The notes beneath the pieces were generated by a model, which did no database searches, was not told the DNA's origin, and worked only from the letters and a program-made list of their open reading frames with translations. 64,000 nucleotides of DNA from an uncultured Gemmatimonadales bacterium. Lineage in GTDB: Bacteria > Gemmatimonadota > Gemmatimonadetes > Gemmatimonadales > GWC2-71-9. Numbering within the stretch: position 1 is the stretch's first letter; each line of letters starts with the position of its first letter. This document shows positions 48,633 through 57,845 of the stretch, in pieces. The translations under genes were made by a program, and so were the position numbers. The stretch is from the NCBI GenBank assembly GCA_963748815.1, contig CAVVKJ010000010.1:896001-960000 (forward strand). The letters run 5' to 3'.

Positions 48633-49057
48633 CAGTCGATGACCTCCAGCCCCATCGAGCGGGCGGTGCCGGCGATCATCCGCATGGCACTCTCCACCGA
48701 CGCGGCGTTCAGGTCGGCCATCTTGATCTCGGCGATCTTCTTGAGCTGCGCCGAGCTGACCTTGCCGACCTTGGTCCGGTTGGGCTGTGCGCTCCCCTTC
48801 TCGAGCCCCGCCTCCTTCAGCAGGAGGTTCGGCGCCGGCGGGGTCTTGGTGATGAACGTGAACGTCCGGTCGGCGTAAATCGTTACGACGACCGGGATCA
48901 CCATTCCGCTTTGGCTCTGGGTCCGCGCGTTGAACTGCTTGCAGAATTCCATGATGTTGACGCCGTGCGGGCCCAGCGCCGTCCCGACCGGGGGCGCGGG
49001 GTTCGCGGCGCCAGCCGGAACCTGCAGCTTGACGAGCGCCTGAATCTTCTTGGCCAT
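48632..49057 (-). CDS. rplK: 50S ribosomal protein L11
   Basis: [26 protein letters not shown]. Confidence 0.99.
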   Translation of the reverse strand: MAKKIQALVKLQVPAGAANPAPPVGTALGPHGVNIMEFCKQFNARTQSQSGMVIPVVVTIYADRTFTFITKTPPAPNLLLKEAGLEKGSAQPNRTKVGKVSSAQLKKIAEIKMADLNAASVESAMRMIAGTARSMGLEVID

Positions 49058-49066
49058 GCGACTCCT

Positions 49067-49106
49067 CGTAGTGCGCCGGGGCGGTAGGCGGCCCCTGGCT
49101 CCCGCG
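49067..49106 (-). promoter_or_regulatory. L1-binding autoregulatory site in the rplK leader
   Basis: GCGGGAGCC-hairpin-GGCGCACUACG next to the GAGGAG SD; matches the GGGAG internal-loop L1 motif. Confidence 0.6.
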
Positions 49107-49162
49107 TATGCCGCGCGGTGGCGGTGCGCCCCCGAAGGGGCGCAAGAGCGGCGCCTGCCGCC

Positions 49163-49705
49163 CTAGTGCCCGCGGAGCTGGAGGTAGTCCAGTTCCACGG
49201 TGGTCGGCCGCCCGAAGAGGCTGACCGACACCTTGACCTTGCCCTTGTCGGCCAGCACTTCCTCGACCGTCCCGCTGAAGTCGGAGAAGGGGCCTTCCGT
49301 GATTTCCACCACCTGGCCGGGGAGGAAGGGAATCTCCTCCTTCGGCTCCGCGTCCGACGACTGCTCGACGACGCCGAGGAGCCGGTTGACTTCCTCCTGG
49401 CGGAGCGGCTGCGGCAGCTTGCCGGTGCCGACGAACTTGATCACGCCCTGGATGCTGTTGACCAGGTGCAGCGCTTCCTGGCTCAGCCCCATTTCCACGA
49501 GCACGTAGCCCGGGTAGAGCTTCCGCTCGACGGTGACCTTCTTGCCGTTCTTGATCTCGACCGCTTCCTGCACCGGCACCAGCGCCTGGCGCACCAGCCG
49601 TTCCTCGGCCGGACGCGGATCCTCCTCGATGCGACGCTGCAGCAGGCCACGCACCTTGTTCTCGTGCCCGGCGGTCGTCTGGATCGCGTACCAGCGGTAT
49701 TCCAT
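49163..49705 (-). CDS. nusG: transcription termination/antitermination factor NusG
   Basis: [36 protein letters not shown]. Confidence 0.98.
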   Translation of the reverse strand: MEYRWYAIQTTAGHENKVRGLLQRRIEEDPRPAEERLVRQALVPVQEAVEIKNGKKVTVERKLYPGYVLVEMGLSQEALHLVNSIQGVIKFVGTGKLPQPLRQEEVNRLLGVVEQSSDAEPKEEIPFLPGQVVEITEGPFSDFSGTVEEVLADKGKVKVSVSLFGRPTTVELDYLQLRGH

Positions 49706-49710
49706 GGCGA

Positions 49711-49965
49711 TCACCGGGCCAGCTTGGCGATGCCGTCCACCAGGATCAGTTGCAGCAGCAGGTCCATCCAGCCGATCAGGAACCCGAGCGCGACCGACAT
49801 GATGATGATCATGCGCGTCGCCTTGCTCAGCTCGTCGCGCGACGGCCACGAGACCTTCTTGGTCTCGGTGCGCACCGCGGCGAGGAAGTCCCCGGTCCGG
49901 CGGAACCAGCCCACGACGCCACCGGTGGTCGCGACCGCCGCCCCACCCTGCTCGGAGCCTTTCAT
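49711..49965 (-). CDS. secE: preprotein translocase SecE
   Basis: [13 protein letters not shown] followed by a TM helix. Confidence 0.95.
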   Translation of the reverse strand: MKGSEQGGAAVATTGGVVGWFRRTGDFLAAVRTETKKVSWPSRDELSKATRMIIIMSVALGFLIGWMDLLLQLILVDGIAKLAR

Positions 49966-49967
49966 GA

Positions 49968-50120
49968 CTACTTCGACTCCTTGTGCAGCTGGTGCTTGTC
50001 GCACCGGGGGCAATACTTCTTCCACTCGACCCGCTCCGGGTGCTTGCGCCGGTTCTTGTCGGTGAAGTAGTTCCGGTTCTTGCAGTCCGTGCACTCGAGA
50101 ATGATCTTTTCGCGCGGCAT
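49968..50120 (-). CDS. rpmG: 50S ribosomal protein L33, zinc-binding type (not in the ORF track)
   Basis: [50 protein letters not shown]. Confidence 0.97.
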   Translation of the reverse strand: MPREKIILECTDCKNRNYFTDKNRRKHPERVEWKKYCPRCDKHQLHKESK

Positions 50121-50126
50121 ATGTCA

Positions 50127-50160
50127 GCGGGAAAGCGGGGACGCGGGGAAGCGGGGAAGG
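50127..50160. repeat. degenerate CGGGGAAG octamer cluster upstream of rpmG
   Basis: GCGGGAAA GCGGGGAC GCGGGGAA GCGGGGAA. Confidence 0.8.
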
Positions 50161-50246
50161 AGCCAAGCCCTAACCGCCGATCCGACTCTCCGCCTGTCCG
50201 CCCTCCGTAAGAGTTGTTCCCCGGCGCCCAGCGACGCCCCTGCCAG

Positions 50247-50319
50247 AGCTCGCGATCGGGATTGAACCGATGACCTCATCCTTACCAAGGATGTGCTCTA
50301 CCAACTGAGCTACGCGAGC
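50247..50319 (-). tRNA. tRNA-Thr(GGT)
   Basis: Cloverleaf; anticodon arm CATCC-TTGGTAA-GGATG. Confidence 0.97.
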
Positions 50320-50333
50320 GACTACTTGCCCAG

Positions 50334-50406
50334 AGCGGGCGACGGGACTCGAACCCGCGACCCTCAGCTTGGAAGGCTGACGCTCTACCAACTGAGCTAC
50401 ACCCGC
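50334..50406 (-). tRNA. tRNA-Gly(TCC)
   Basis: Anticodon arm TCAGC-CTTCCAA-GCTGA. Confidence 0.97.
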
Positions 50407-50444
50407 CGGTGTCCTGCTGCCTGGCCATGTCCCACCGCCAGGCA

Positions 50445-50528
50445 TGGTGGGGGTAGGATTCGAACCTACGTAGGGCGAAGCCCGGCAGATTTACAGTCTG
50501 CTGCCATTAGCCACTCGGCCACCCCACC
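50445..50528 (-). tRNA. tRNA-Tyr(GTA)
   Basis: Anticodon arm GCAGA-CTGTAAA-TCTGC; long variable arm. Confidence 0.97.
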
Positions 50529-50610
50529 GCGCTGCCTGCTACCCCCCGATACAGAACCCCGCCACCTACTGGGCGGGGTTCGACCGTCGAGAGTTGTCCT
50601 GCACTTCAGC

Positions 50611-50686
50611 TGGAGCTGACGAAGGGACTCGAACCCCCAACCGGTGGTTTACAAAACCACTGCTCTACCAATTGAGCTACGTCAGC
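50611..50686 (-). tRNA. tRNA-Thr(TGT) with encoded CCA
   Basis: Anticodon arm GTGGT-TTTGTAA-ACCAC. Confidence 0.97.
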
Positions 50687-50712
50687 ACGAAAGCCAAAAT
50701 CGGCAGACCCAT

Positions 50713-50741
50713 ATGATAGAAGGGGTTGGGGCAATAGTCAA
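50713..50741 (-). promoter_or_regulatory. sigma70 promoter of the tRNA cluster
   Basis: TTGACT-17-TATCAT. Confidence 0.75.
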
Positions 50742-50750
50742 CGGGGTGGG

Positions 50751-50803
50751 CGGGGAAGCGGGGAAGCGGGGAAGCGGGGAAGCGGGGAAGCGGGGAAGCG
50801 GGG
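50751..50803. repeat. tandem octamer CGGGGAAG x6 plus a partial unit
   Basis: Direct reading. Confidence 0.95.
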
Positions 50804-50820
50804 CAGGAAGCTACTCCAGC

Positions 50821-50848
50821 CGTCACCCCGGCGAAAGCCGGGGTCCAG
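50821..50848 (+). repeat. CGTC-family REP-like palindrome
   Basis: CGTC-ACCCCGGC-GAAA-GCCGGGGT-CCAG. Confidence 0.65.
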
Positions 50849-50884
50849 TGTCAACCAGTCCCTCGCTCCCCCCGCTGTTCCAGC

Positions 50885-51352
50885 CTAGTCGTTCAGGAAC
50901 TTGAGGTAGGACTTGATCTGGGCCCCGAAGAGGTTGATCCAGGCCTTGATGGCGCCGTCTGTGACTCCCCCAGCGAAGTCCAAGTCACTCTCCAGCACGG
51001 GGTTACGGTCACCGTCGGCGTAGGCGCGGCCGAACCGGTGGTCGGCATTCCACTCATTCATCTTGCTGGTGCTGACCTCGATGTCGCCAAAGGCGATGTA
51101 CAGCTGGGCGTCCGTGTTGTCGTTGGCCATGATGAGCAGCGCCTTCTTGTCATTCAGCTCGACACGCCAGGAGTGCTCGCCCTTCTTGGTGAAGGTCAGG
51201 TCGAGACTCCCCATGAGCGACTCCATGTGCTTGTCCGAGACCGAGGTCATCACCTCTTGTGCGCTCGCCGGGGGAGCCGCCGCAGCGAGGACCGCCACTC
51301 CGATGGCGGCGATCACGCGACGCGCGTCACGCCGTGACAGGTACAGCTGCAT
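50885..51352 (-). CDS. YbjN-like domain protein with signal peptide
   Basis: MNEWNADHRFGRAYADGD.NPVLESDLDFAGGVT; signal ending ASA-Q. Confidence 0.7.
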   Translation of the reverse strand: MQLYLSRRDARRVIAAIGVAVLAAAAPPASAQEVMTSVSDKHMESLMGSLDLTFTKKGEHSWRVELNDKKALLIMANDNTDAQLYIAFGDIEVSTSKMNEWNADHRFGRAYADGDRNPVLESDLDFAGGVTDGAIKAWINLFGAQIKSYLKFLND

Positions 51353-51419
51353 GGGGAATTCTCCAAGGGGGTGGCGAACGAGAGTCCGAAATGTGCTCGG
51401 GGTCATCACCTGCTACAAG

Positions 51420-51473
51420 CCCACCCTACCCCACCCGCCACTTCGTCCCCCCTGCCCGCCCTCCAGCACAATC
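51420..51473 (-). repeat. imperfect direct repeat of the cysS 3' end (other copy 55409-55456)
   Basis: CCTACCCCACCCGCCACTTCGTCCCCCC(C)TG.CCG.CCTCCAGC present at both sites. Confidence 0.9.
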
Positions 51474-51478
51474 CGCAA

Positions 51479-53935
51479 TCAGGGCTGCCCACGCACCTTC
51501 GCAGGGGTGAGAATCTGGTACGCCTGGTCGTCCACCGCCGCCCCCACCTGGCCGTCCCAATTCGCGCCCCAACAATAGGCGACGCCGGCCGTGGTAATCC
51601 CACAGGTGAAGTCCAACCCGGCGCTGATCGAGGCGAACACATGCCCGCCGAGGACGGCGCGCGGAGTCGTGTAGAAAACGTCCGTGTTCAGGGAGCCGTC
51701 CCCAAGCGCCCCGGAATTATTGGAACCCCAGCAATACGCCTGTCCGCCGGTCGTGATCCCACAGGCGTGGTTGCCGCCGACGCTGATCCGCGCGAACTGA
51801 TGCCCCCCGGGCACCAGTGTGGGGAGGCTGCCGCTCCCGGGGGATCGGGGCCAACAGTACACCTCCCCACCACCGGTCAGCCCGCAGGAGCTGCCTCCGC
51901 CCGATTCGATCGCAACGAACGAGAATCCTCCCTGCACATCGACCGGCTGTGCGCTGCTTGCGGTGACGCCGTTGCCGAGCTGCCCATAGAGGTTGTCCCC
52001 CCAGCAGTAGACCTCTCCGGCTCCCGTCAACCCACAGGCGGATCCATCGGCCTGGACCACGGAGCTGAACTGGTGGCCCCCGGCGACCGCGATCGGCTGC
52101 AAACTGTTGACGGTGGAACCGTCGCCCAGCTGCCCCTTGGTGTTCCATCCCCAGCAGTATGCCGCCCCCCCCGCCTCGACCCCACAGGTAGACGTCCGCC
52201 CTGGCGACAGGCTGAAATAGCTATGGCCGCCGGTCACCGGAACCGGTACAGCTGACGACGTAGTCGACCCATCGCCGAGGTTGCCGTAGTAGTTCTGACC
52301 CCAACAGTAGGCCGCACCCGAGACGAGTCCGCAGGTGTACTGCGCTCCGGCCTTGACGCTCTCGAAGGTCAACCCGCCCTGGACCAGCGTCGGAACCGAT
52401 CGAGTTCCGGTCGTCCCATCTCCCAGCTGGCCGGAATAGTTGCTCCCCCAGCAGTAGGCGGAGCCGCCGAGATCCACGCCGCAGATGTGGTCGTCCATCA
52501 GCGAAAGTTGCGCAAAAGTGTGCCCACCTTGCACGAGCACGGGAGCGGTCAGGGCGCTGGCAGCGTTCCCAGTTCCAAGCACCCCCGATCCGTTGTCCCC
52601 CCAGCAGTACGCGTCTCCCGCCGCCACCAGACCGCAGGTCCGTTCCCACCCCGCCGAGATCGAGGTGAAGACCAGCCCGCCAGCCACGGCGGTCGGCGGA
52701 GTCAGACCGGACCACTCGGTCGTCCCGTTGCCAAGCTGGCCAAAGTCGTTGCTCCCCCAGCACCACGCCTGCCCGGTCCCGGTCAAGCCACAGGCATGCC
52801 GGGCCCCCTCGCTGACCGCCACCAACTGGGCTGGAACGGCAAGGGTGGTCGGCTGCCCACGGACCACATAATCCATGAGGCCCACGCCCCAGCACCGCAG
52901 CGTGCCCCCACCGACTCCGCAGATCTGGGGCGCATAACTGTTCGAGGCAATCTGATCGAAGCCAGTGCCACCGAGCACGGGCGCCGGTGTGCTGCTGGCG
53001 TAGCTGGTATCGTGGCCCAGCCTCCCGCTGACGTCGCTCCCCCAGCACCAGGTGGAGGCCCCGACGACCGTGGCACACGAAACGTCGCCCCCCGCAGTCA
53101 GGGTACCAAAGGTGTGGCCGCCCTGAACCATCGCGGGCGTCAGCCGACTCTGACGCGTCCCGTCCCCCAGCTGGCCGGCTCCGTTGCTGCCCCAGCAGTA
53201 CGCCGTCTGGACGGTGGAAAGGGCGCAGGTGTGCGTACCGGATCCGAACATGGAGTAGGTCAGGAGGGACGGGCGGGTGATTGACGCGAACGGCACTCCA
53301 CCGAGTACTCGCAGGGGGGCGGGCTGGTCCAGTGTCGTTCCATTCCCGAGCTGGCCGTGGGAATTGCTGCCCCAGCACCAGGCCTCTCCGCCAGCGGTCA
53401 AGCCACAACTCGCGTTGTGGCCAGTGGCAATCGACGTGAGTGTCAGTTGCCCGCTCACCTTTCTCGGGTAGCGGCTCAAAGCCAGCCCGACGTCACCGAC
53501 CCCGAGGGCACCCGCGAGGTTGCTGCCCCAGCACCAGGCGGACCCGTCCGTCATGAGCCCGCACGCCTGATTGCCGCCCGCGCTGATGGCGGCGAAGCGG
53601 AGCACCACGCCGCCCACGGAGAGGGTATCGCTCTGACCTTCGATCGTGGCCGTGACGGTAGCGACCCCGGATCCCCGACCGACCGCGTACCCCCCAGGAG
53701 AGATGGAGACGATGCCAGTGTCGCTGCTGCCCCAGGTGATTGCGCGCCCGGGGAGGGTGTCGCCGTCGGAAGCGAGGCCGACGGCACCGAGCCGAAGGCT
53801 GTCGCCGAGGAGGACGTCCGCCCGAGGGGCCGACAGCACGACACGATCCACCGGCCTGAGGTCATTGGGCTCGACCGTCTCCTCTACGCAGGCGACGACG
53901 AGGAGGGCAAGCAGCAGGGGAGGGAGGCGCTTCAT
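51479..53935 (-). CDS. lipoprotein with an Ig-like (Big_2) domain and ~13-14 RCC1/BLIP-II repeats
   Basis: VVAC lipobox; ITWGSSD; repeated HxCG..G.AYCWG.N..GQLGDG. Confidence 0.88.
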   Translation of the reverse strand: MKRLPPLLLALLVVACVEETVEPNDLRPVDRVVLSAPRADVLLGDSLRLGAVGLASDGDTLPGRAITWGSSDTGIVSISPGGYAVGRGSGVATVTATIEGQSDTLSVGGVVLRFAAISAGGNQACGLMTDGSAWCWGSNLAGALGVGDVGLALSRYPRKVSGQLTLTSIATGHNASCGLTAGGEAWCWGSNSHGQLGNGTTLDQPAPLRVLGGVPFASITRPSLLTYSMFGSGTHTCALSTVQTAYCWGSNGAGQLGDGTRQSRLTPAMVQGGHTFGTLTAGGDVSCATVVGASTWCWGSDVSGRLGHDTSYASSTPAPVLGGTGFDQIASNSYAPQICGVGGGTLRCWGVGLMDYVVRGQPTTLAVPAQLVAVSEGARHACGLTGTGQAWCWGSNDFGQLGNGTTEWSGLTPPTAVAGGLVFTSISAGWERTCGLVAAGDAYCWGDNGSGVLGTGNAASALTAPVLVQGGHTFAQLSLMDDHICGVDLGGSAYCWGSNYSGQLGDGTTGTRSVPTLVQGGLTFESVKAGAQYTCGLVSGAAYCWGQNYYGNLGDGSTTSSAVPVPVTGGHSYFSLSPGRTSTCGVEAGGAAYCWGWNTKGQLGDGSTVNSLQPIAVAGGHQFSSVVQADGSACGLTGAGEVYCWGDNLYGQLGNGVTASSAQPVDVQGGFSFVAIESGGGSSCGLTGGGEVYCWPRSPGSGSLPTLVPGGHQFARISVGGNHACGITTGGQAYCWGSNNSGALGDGSLNTDVFYTTPRAVLGGHVFASISAGLDFTCGITTAGVAYCWGANWDGQVGAAVDDQAYQILTPAKVRGQP

Positions 53936-55308
53936 GGCGCCCAGACCGCGACGGGGAGGTAGCTGGTTGTGTTGGATTCGTTTCCGAGCTCACCCTGAAA
54001 GTTGTCTCCCCAACAGTACACCCGCTGCTGATCGGTGACGCCGCAGGTATGCGAGTATCCCGCACTGATGAAGAGGAAGCGAAGACTACCCGCGATTTCG
54101 ACGGGGGCGAGACGGTCGTCCGATGTACCGTCTCCCAGCTGCCCGGAAGAGTTGTTGCCCCAGCAATAGGCGATCCCCGCGGTCGACACACCGCAGGAGT
54201 GCGCCTCGCCGGTGCTGATCATCCGAAAGGCGATCCCACCCGATACCCGAGTGGGCACCGAACGCCCCACCTGGGTGCCCTCGCCCAACTGACCCTGATC
54301 GTTCTCTCCCCAGCACCATCCGACGCCAGCGCCATCCACTGCACACGTGGCGTGCCGGCCACCGTCGATCGACGCGTACACTCCGCTTCCCGCGACCGCA
54401 GTCGGCGTGCTCCGGGAGGTCGTCGTTCCATCGCCCAGCTGACCGGCGTCGTTCTCGCCCCAGCAATACGCCGACCCTGCTGCCGTGAGGCCGCAGAGGT
54501 GGACCCCGCCCGCAGTCAGGGACTGGAGTGCCGGCGGGGCCGAGTAGGTGGTGGGGTACACACCCGAATATCGCGACCCGAAACAGCGCACGCGATTGAC
54601 GCCGAGGATGCAACTGGTCACCACTCCCGCCACCACGGAGTTGGCCGCTCCGGTGTCGGGAAGGGCGAGGGGGACAAAACTCTGTTGCGGGATGCTGGAC
54701 CCGAAGATGCCGGCAGCGTTGTTCCCCCAGCAGTACGCGGTGCCACCGGTGCTCGCCCCGCAGGTGAAGGCAAAGCCAATCCCGATGTCCCCACCCGGGG
54801 TCACCACGCTCCACTGAATGCCGCCCGCTATCAAGGAGGGCCGCCACACCTCGCTGTAGCCGATCCCATTGCCCAGCGTCCCACCCCAGGAGTCCCCCCA
54901 GCAATACCCCTCCGCTGCCGCGGTAACAGCGCAGGTGATTGCGACGCCCGCATCGACTCGGCTGGCAGTGAAGGGTTGTACCACGGTGAGCACGGTGCTG
55001 TCGACCAGCGCCTCTGCAGCAGCGTAAATCGTCACCGGACCGCGGCCAACGGCGGTTACCCGACCCGAGGCGACCGTGGCCACCGAAGGGTCACTGCTGG
55101 CCCATTCGATAGTCCGGTGGGTGAGCGGCTCCCCCTCTGCGTCGAGGACCGTCGCCATGAGCTGGAGGGTGTCGCCAACGAGGAGCGTCGCTTCGGCGAG
55201 GTCGACCACGACGGACGCGGCGGTCCCCGTTGGACTGAGGGTCTTCTCAGTACAACCGTGTAGCACCAAGACAGCCGCGACAGCGGTGCAGAGTGCAGAG
55301 ACGCGCAT
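53932..55308 (-). CDS. lipoprotein with an Ig-like (Big_2) domain and ~7 RCC1/BLIP-II repeats
   Basis: LHGC lipobox; WASSDPSVATV; CWG.N..GQLG repeats. Confidence 0.88.
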   Translation of the reverse strand: MRVSALCTAVAAVLVLHGCTEKTLSPTGTAASVVVDLAEATLLVGDTLQLMATVLDAEGEPLTHRTIEWASSDPSVATVASGRVTAVGRGPVTIYAAAEALVDSTVLTVVQPFTASRVDAGVAITCAVTAAAEGYCWGDSWGGTLGNGIGYSEVWRPSLIAGGIQWSVVTPGGDIGIGFAFTCGASTGGTAYCWGNNAAGIFGSSIPQQSFVPLALPDTGAANSVVAGVVTSCILGVNRVRCFGSRYSGVYPTTYSAPPALQSLTAGGVHLCGLTAAGSAYCWGENDAGQLGDGTTTSRSTPTAVAGSGVYASIDGGRHATCAVDGAGVGWCWGENDQGQLGEGTQVGRSVPTRVSGGIAFRMISTGEAHSCGVSTAGIAYCWGNNSSGQLGDGTSDDRLAPVEIAGSLRFLFISAGYSHTCGVTDQQRVYCWGDNFQGELGNESNTTSYLPVAVWAP

Positions 55309-55413
55309 GCAGTTCTCGGATGGGGGGAGAGGGGGTAGGCTGCGGCCGCAACCAAAGCCTCTCCAATCATACTCCTACGACGCCCATGCGCCAGATCGAA
55401 ACACACCTCCCAC

Positions 55414-56862
55414 CTACCCCACCCGCCACTTCGTCCCCCCCTGACCGTCCTCCAGCGTGACGCCGCGCGCCGCCAATTCATCACGAATCAGGTCCGCTTT
55501 CGCGAAGTCCCGCGCCTGCCGCGCCGCCTTCCGGGCCTGGATCCGCTCCTCGACCCAGGTGGCCAGGTCGGCGTCGGCTTCCTTCGGCGTCGGCAGGACG
55601 TCCAGCACCCCGGTGGCCCACGTGAATGCCTCCCGCGCTGCGACGGTCGCCGCCGCGCCACGATCCAGCGCCCGATTCCCCGCCGTCACGAAGTCGAAGA
55701 GCGCCGCCACCGCGCGCGGCGCGTTGAGATCATCGTCCAGCGCCGCCGAGAACTGGTCGCGGAGCTGCCGGGCCGCCCCCTCCAGCTCGGCGGTGGCCCC
55801 CTCGCCGACCGCCCCCGTCGCCCTCGTCGGCGCCCCCTCCAGGCGGGTCGCAAAGTCTCCCAGCCGCCGGAGCCCAGCCGCCGCCTGCGCAATCGACTCG
55901 TCATTGAGGTCGATCTTCTGCCGGTAGTGCGCCTGGAAGAAGAAGAGCCGCAGCGCCGCCGCGTCGACCCCGTCTTCCTTCAGGTCCCGCGCCGTGGTGA
56001 TGTTGCCGAACCGCTTGGACATCTTGGTGCCGCGAATGTTCAGGAACTCGGCATGCATCCAGACCCGCGCAAAGTCCGGCTTGCCGGTGTGGGCACAGCT
56101 CTGCGCGATCTCGTCTTCGTGATGCGGGAAGATCAGGTCCACCCCTCCGCAGTGAATGTCGAGCACGTCCACGCCCCACTTTTCCCGCAGCAGGTCGAGC
56201 GCCATCGCCGAGCATTCGAGATGCCACCCCGGCCGGCCGCGTCCGAACGGCGCGTCCCACGCCGCCTGCACCGTCTCGTCGTCGGGCTGCGCCGCCTTCC
56301 AGAGGACGAAGTCGCGGGCGTCCTCCTTGGCATACTCGTCGCTGCTCACCCGACCGCTCGCCCCCGAGCGGAGCTCGCGCTGGTCGAGCTGGCTCAGACG
56401 GCCGTAGGCCGGGAACCGCCCGATCGCGAAGTACACCGAGCCGTCCTCCCCCCGGTACGCCACCCCCTTGGCCAGCAGCGATTCCACGAGGGAGATCATC
56501 GGCGCGATGAACTGCGTGGCCCGGGGATAGGCGTGCGCCGGCTTGATGCGGAGATAGTCGCGGTCGGCAAAGAACGCCTGCGCATACGGCTCGACATGCT
56601 CGCGCAGGGTGACGCCCGCCTTCGCCGCCGCCTGGATGGTGCGGTCGTCCACGTCGGTCAGGTTCATCACGTGGAAGACCGTCAGCCCGCTCGCCTCGAG
56701 CCACCGGCGCAGGAGGTCCTCGAAGAGAAAGGTCCGGAAGTTCCCGATGTGCGCATAGTTCCAGATGGTGGGACCGCAGGTATAGAGCGACACCCGACCC
56801 GGCACCAGCGGGGCGAACGCCTCGACCTGGCGGGTCATCGTGTTGTAGAGGCGGAGCGTCAT
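55414..56862 (-). CDS. cysS: cysteine--tRNA ligase
   Basis: YTCGPT, HIGN, GRPGWHLECS, DLIFPHHE, KMSK. Confidence 0.98.
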   Translation of the reverse strand: MTLRLYNTMTRQVEAFAPLVPGRVSLYTCGPTIWNYAHIGNFRTFLFEDLLRRWLEASGLTVFHVMNLTDVDDRTIQAAAKAGVTLREHVEPYAQAFFADRDYLRIKPAHAYPRATQFIAPMISLVESLLAKGVAYRGEDGSVYFAIGRFPAYGRLSQLDQRELRSGASGRVSSDEYAKEDARDFVLWKAAQPDDETVQAAWDAPFGRGRPGWHLECSAMALDLLREKWGVDVLDIHCGGVDLIFPHHEDEIAQSCAHTGKPDFARVWMHAEFLNIRGTKMSKRFGNITTARDLKEDGVDAAALRLFFFQAHYRQKIDLNDESIAQAAAGLRRLGDFATRLEGAPTRATGAVGEGATAELEGAARQLRDQFSAALDDDLNAPRAVAALFDFVTAGNRALDRGAAATVAAREAFTWATGVLDVLPTPKEADADLATWVEERIQARKAARQARDFAKADLIRDELAARGVTLEDGQGGTKWRVG

Positions 56863-57782
56863 GCATCCCTCTCGGCGGCGTGGCCCGCGATGGCCGGCTC
56901 GCCCGCGCGGCCCCGCACGTGCACGGTGCGCTGCGGGAAGGGAATCTCGATGCCTTCGCGATCGAGGCGGTTCTTCATCCGCCGGCGGAACTCGCGGCCT
57001 GCCGCCCAGTGCCCGCCCGGCAAGGTCTTCAGGAGGGTGCGGATGACGACCGCGCTGTCAGCCAGGTTCTGGACGCCCAGGACATCGGGCGGCCCGTCGA
57101 GCTGGGGGCCCCACACACGGTCGTCCGCAAAGGCCCGGGCTTCGTCGGCAAAGACCTCCAGCACCTGATCGACCGGCGCGTCGTATCCCACGCCGACGTC
57201 CACCACGGCCCGGCTCCAGGCCCTGGTCTTGTTGCTGACGGCGCCAATCTGTCCGTTGGGGATCGTGTGGAGCACCCCTTCAAGGTCGCGCAGCTGCACG
57301 ATGCGGAGTGTCATCAATTCCACCGTTCCTGACTTGCCGACAACTTCAATGGTGTCGCCCACCGCGAACTGGTTTTCCAGAAGGATGAAGAAGCCGGCGA
57401 TGACGTCCTTGACCAACGACTGCGCTCCGAAGGACACCGCAAGGCCGAGGACGCCGGCGCCGGCCAGGATCGGGCCGATGGAGATGAACAGGTTCAGCGT
57501 AAACAGGCCGGCCAGCAGCATGACCAGCACGGTGCCAAGGCTGCGCAGGAGACCGGCGATCGTGGCGCTCCGGCGCTCGGTCGCGCTGAAGTGTGCATCA
57601 TTGCCATCGTCCGCCGCAGACACGATGCGGTCGGCGAGCTTGCCAACCAGGCGGTTGGTGACCCAGGCGGCGATCCAGATAATGACCAGGGCGATCGCCT
57701 TGCGCGCGGCGGTGGCCGGGTCCACGTGGAAGAACTCGATGGCGGAGTGAATGACGTCGCGGAGCGAAGCGAGAAACGGCAC
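56859..57782 (-). CDS. MscS-family mechanosensitive channel
   Basis: AGAGVLGLAVSFGAQSLVKD, ENQFAVGD, TIPNG, GIEIPFPQR. Confidence 0.93.
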   Translation of the reverse strand: MPFLASLRDVIHSAIEFFHVDPATAARKAIALVIIWIAAWVTNRLVGKLADRIVSAADDGNDAHFSATERRSATIAGLLRSLGTVLVMLLAGLFTLNLFISIGPILAGAGVLGLAVSFGAQSLVKDVIAGFFILLENQFAVGDTIEVVGKSGTVELMTLRIVQLRDLEGVLHTIPNGQIGAVSNKTRAWSRAVVDVGVGYDAPVDQVLEVFADEARAFADDRVWGPQLDGPPDVLGVQNLADSAVVIRTLLKTLPGGHWAAGREFRRRMKNRLDREGIEIPFPQRTVHVRGRAGEPAIAGHAAERDA

Positions 57783-57845
57783 GGGACAACCCCTTCGGAG
57801 ACAATGAATTCGAGGGGGTAACCTAGACCGGGGCCGCGCACGCCG

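Noticed and set aside
50247..50686. tRNA-anchored prophage or genomic island
   Set aside because: No duplicated tRNA 3' end, integrase or phage gene seen
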